Shown in pieces: positions 60,701-64,000 of a stretch of 64,000 bases of DNA; within the stretch, counting starts at the first letter, position 1; every line of letters begins with the position of its first letter. Under the pieces are notes generated by a model that saw only the letters and a program-made list of their open reading frames with translations, did no database searches and was not told where the DNA came from. Made by a program: the position numbers and the translations under genes. This DNA is from Eledone cirrhosa (taxonomy: Eukaryota), in contig OZ024742.1 in NCBI GenBank assembly GCA_964016885.1, positions 301,816,001-301,880,000 on the forward strand, given 5' to 3'.

Positions 60701-61176
60701 TTGTTGATACATTAATCTTTCAAAACAATGATTATTTCTAGTATTAATCCCCCCCTCCCCCCCCAAAAAAAATAAACGAAGAAAAGGGACACATTGGATA
60801 ATGTTGTCCAAGATATACTATGTCTGAACAAGAAAATAGAATTTAAAAAATACAGAAATATTGCCAAGGGCACGTTTTGGACGCAGAGCAAATTGTAGGT
60901 AGTGACGTAATGCAGACAGCCAGACATACAGACAGATATTATAAGGGTCAGCAGCCACGACCTTCTTTTTCAGTTTCTCAGATGTGTGGGGGTAATGTAT
61001 ATGTTAGAGTTGTGGGAGTGATGAAGATGTGAGTCTTGTGGGAATAATGAGGATGTCAGTCTTGTGGGAGTAATGAGAATGTGAGTCTTGTGGGAGTAAT
61101 GAGTAATATATATATAGAAATGAATTAAAAGGCAATATGTTAGAATTTCACCACATTCTATTTATTATATATACCA

Positions 61177-61760
61177 CTAGCAGTGATACCCGGCGTTGCA
61201 CGGGATAAGGTATTGTGAAATATATAACCGCCTTAGCTAAGTTTAGTATTGCCACAACCACGGCTGGCAAAGAAGTAAGGGTCTGGTGGTACGTAAGTAA
61301 GCAACACTGTGGCTTAAAACGTGAGGAAGAAGTTCTGTGCACTTACCAACTGTTTGGGGAATGAGTGTGAGATTTGTCTTGAGCAAGGGTGGCAGAATAA
61401 CCGGAGGCAGCAGACAGCCAGACATACAGACAGATATTATAAGGGTGCGTTTTGGACGCAGAGCAAATTGTAGGTAGTGACGTAATGTAGACAGTCAGAC
61501 ATACCAACAGATATTATAAGGGTGAGATGTTATATGTATGTATCTATCTAAAAAGAGAAAGACTAAGAATTATAGACAGAGATCGCCTATTGCGGTCCCT
61601 AGGGCATTGAAAATTTGAAATTCTTTTTGCTCAGAACACTCCCTGAAACATAAGTATTACATGTGTAAAGTTTGAAAAAAGTCGGTTGGGTGGTTCTCTA
61701 GTTTTAGGGATTCAAACTCACACACACACAGACAGACATCCTCAGTTTTATATATATAGA
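61177..61760 (-). mobile_element. complete non-autonomous Helitron (584 bp)
   Basis: Minus strand A|TCTATATATATAAAACTGAGG...CCCGTGCAACGCCGGG hairpin, 8 nt, CTAG|T; no target duplication; internal ~80-bp repeat also at 60868-60948. Confidence 0.88.
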
Positions 61761-61979
61761 TTATATATATATATATATATAAATATATATATAATGTGTG
61801 TGTGTATGTCTCTCTCTCTCTCTCTCTCCATATATATATATATATATATGGAACATAAGCAATATGCAGTCATCTGACCTGTCTGGCCTCTGAATGTGAC
61901 AACTCATGCAAGCATAAAAAATAGATGGAAAACAGATAATGATGTGCACTCCCCAACCACCACACACACCACACTCATA

Positions 61980-62143
61980 CACTGGGCTTCCTTTCAGTTT
62001 CTGCCAATCAAATTCTCTCACAAGTTGCTGCTTGGCTGGAACTATAGATCAAGACAATTACCCAAGACACCAAACAACGAGATTGAGCCCAAACTCCCTG
62101 TGATAGCAAAATTAACTTCTTAACCACAGAACCATGCCTGTGC
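61980..62143 (-). mobile_element. degenerate SINE, third family
   Basis: Minus strand GGCACAGGCATGGTTCTGTGGTTAAG...; similar to 46885. Confidence 0.55.
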
Positions 62144-62281
62144 CTCCAGTCTTTTACTGCAAGACATTCTGTAACAAGTATTTAAGATAAGAATTATTTA
62201 ATCAACCATAGACAGAATTTTCAGTCTGATGAGTCAGTCACCAAAGAAAATAGTAAATATACTAAAAATGAAACAATCTTT

Positions 62282-62370
62282 CTAATGCTTGTGTGGAATG
62301 AAACTTGATCTGTTGTTGCCAGTGAAAGACTCTGGTACATTTATAAAAACAATACCATCACCTTCAGAAG
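62282..62370 (-). CDS. possible terminal coding exon of an unidentified host gene
   Basis: Minus strand pyrimidine tract, TACTAAT branch-like motif and ACAG acceptor, then SEGDGIVFINVPESFTGNNRSSFIPHKH*; no homology recognised. Confidence 0.25.
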
Positions 62371-62934
62371 CTGTATTGGATTACAGATTAGTAGAGAGAG
62401 AGAGATGAAAAGGGAGATAAAAGAACCAGAATATTATATTATCTACTTTGGTAATACATACTAAACACTTCTATTATCTGATCACATGATATATAACATT
62501 AATTGTAATAAAATATGTTATGGGGCAATGGATTGAATATTGCATGCAAGAAAGTCTTAATTAATTGACATTTTCGTCTGAGTTGGAGAAAGAAAACAAA
62601 AATCTAGAAGTAATTGTTGGCAAAGACATTCAAAAACAAGGGCAGATAATTTCAAGAAATTAAGAATTAATCTCTCAAAGTTAATTTGTTTCAATCTATT
62701 GGATTTCATCACTGTAGTGTAGACTAACCAAAGCTACTGATCAGTTGATAAACATAAAGAAGAGTTGCCAACAATTTTTGGTCAGTAAAATGTGTATGGT
62801 TAAAAAATAAAATGAATCAAGGGATGAGTATCTCTTTTTTGCAAACAAAGATTAGATGGTTATGACTGGAATACCTTAAATCTTAAGGCTGTTCAATCAA
62901 AACAGACTTTGGGTTAAACAACAACAATTCTACA

Positions 62935-63161
62935 TTAACCCTTTAGCACTTACATTACACTATATTTACTATTTTATTTTTACAGTAAAGGCTTTACCTC
63001 ACGTAATTATCTCATAATATCGAATATATGAGATTTTGATATTATTTATTTTGAGAACAATACCTTAATATCAGTATGAGTGGCCGGTTACAGCTGGTTT
63101 GAACAAAAAAAGGTGAGAGTATTCTGACCGGATACAGCCAGTTTATATGCTAAAGGGTTAA
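62935..63161 (+). mobile_element. piggyBac-type MITE, second copy
   Basis: TTAA|CCCTTTAGCA...TGCTAAAGGG|TTAA; homologous to 1176-1404. Confidence 0.87.
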
Positions 63162-63402
63162 GGGTTAGTGTTCAGCTCACAATAAAAAAGGTTGTGAGTT
63201 TAATTCCTGGTGGCACATTATGTCTTTGAGCAAGACACTTTAGTCCATTCAGCTGGAAAAAATGAGTTGTACCTGTAATTCAAAAGGCTAGCCTTGTCAT
63301 ACACAGTGTCATACTGTCTCACAGAGAATTGCATGGAGGGTACACGTATCTGGAATGCTCAGCCACTTACACATTAATTTCATGAGCTGGCTGTTCCATT
63401 GG
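63162..63402 (+). mobile_element. degenerate CORE-like SINE with a different tail
   Basis: GGTTGTGAGTTTAATTCC, TTGAGCAAGACACTT, CTGTAATTCAAA..AGCCTTGTCATACAC (also at ~59630-59780). Confidence 0.6.
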
Positions 63403-63592
63403 TTAACTCTTTAGCATTTAAACAGGCTGTATCTGGCCAGAATTCTCTCCTCTTTCTGTTCAAACCGGTGGTAACTGGCCACTCATACCGATGTTAAGGT
63501 ATTGTTCCCAAAATAAATAACCCAAAAATCTCGTAGATTCAATATTATGTGAGATAATTATGTAAGGTAAAGCCTTTACCATGAAAATATAA
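63403..63592 (-). mobile_element. piggyBac-type MITE, third copy, interrupted by a Helitron
   Basis: Reverse complement of ~62975-63161; homology stops at AA|TC. Confidence 0.82.
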
Positions 63593-64000
63593 TCTATATA
63601 TATAAAACTGAGGATGTCTGTCTGTGTGTGTGTGAGTTCGAATCCCTAAAACTCGAGAACCACCCAACCGACTGTTTTCAAACTTTTCACATGTAATACT
63701 TATGTTTCAGGGAGTGTTCTGAGCAAAAAGAATTTCAAATTTTCAATGCCCTAGGGACCGCAATAGGCGATTTAGCGATCTCGCTCTATAATTCTTAGTC
63801 TTTCTCTTTTTAGATAGATACATACTTATAACGTCGCGCCCTTATAATATCTGTCTGTATGTCTGACTGTCTGAATTACGTCACTTCCCTGAGGATGTCT
63901 GTGTGTGTGTCTGTGAGTTTGAATCCCTAAAATTCGAGAAGTACCCAACCGATTTTTTTCAAACTTTACATGTGTATTACTTATGTTTCAGGGAGTGTTA
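63593..64000 (+). mobile_element. non-autonomous Helitron 5' part with internal duplication, running off the window
   Basis: A|TCTATATATATAAAACTGAGG; reverse complement of ~61480-61760; 5' segment restarts at ~63889. Confidence 0.85.

Noticed and set aside
59733-60741. Thr/Ile-, Val/Met- and Gly/Asp-rich ORFs
   Set aside because: Trinucleotide low-complexity sequence open in several frames on both strands.

Overview
Eukaryotic, AT-rich, repeat-dominated DNA with no confidently identifiable host gene. The SINE, LINE and microsatellite repertoire suggests a cephalopod, probably Octopus (inference). Much of 10-44 kb is degenerate (TA)n with a 200-N gap, packed with retroelements: one intact RTE LINE (1039-aa APE+RT ORF with a PHD finger inside the RT), truncated RTE copies, a CR1-group LINE and two Penelope-like (GIY-YIG) elements. 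Further right are CRE and R4-like relics, tRNA-derived SINEs and non-autonomous Helitrons; piggyBac-type MITEs occur at both ends. The most notable signal is non-coding. At least seven short sequence types carry minimal type I hammerhead ribozymes (CUGANGA...GAAA...NUH) with self-complementary stem III. They occur as tandem 310-bp and 469-bp units (retrozyme-like), as head-to-head palindromes, and at the 3' ends of both GIY-YIG elements. In two arrays the inverted junction lies at a small internal palindrome whose centre base is flipped. All structures were paired by eye; no folding or database search was run.
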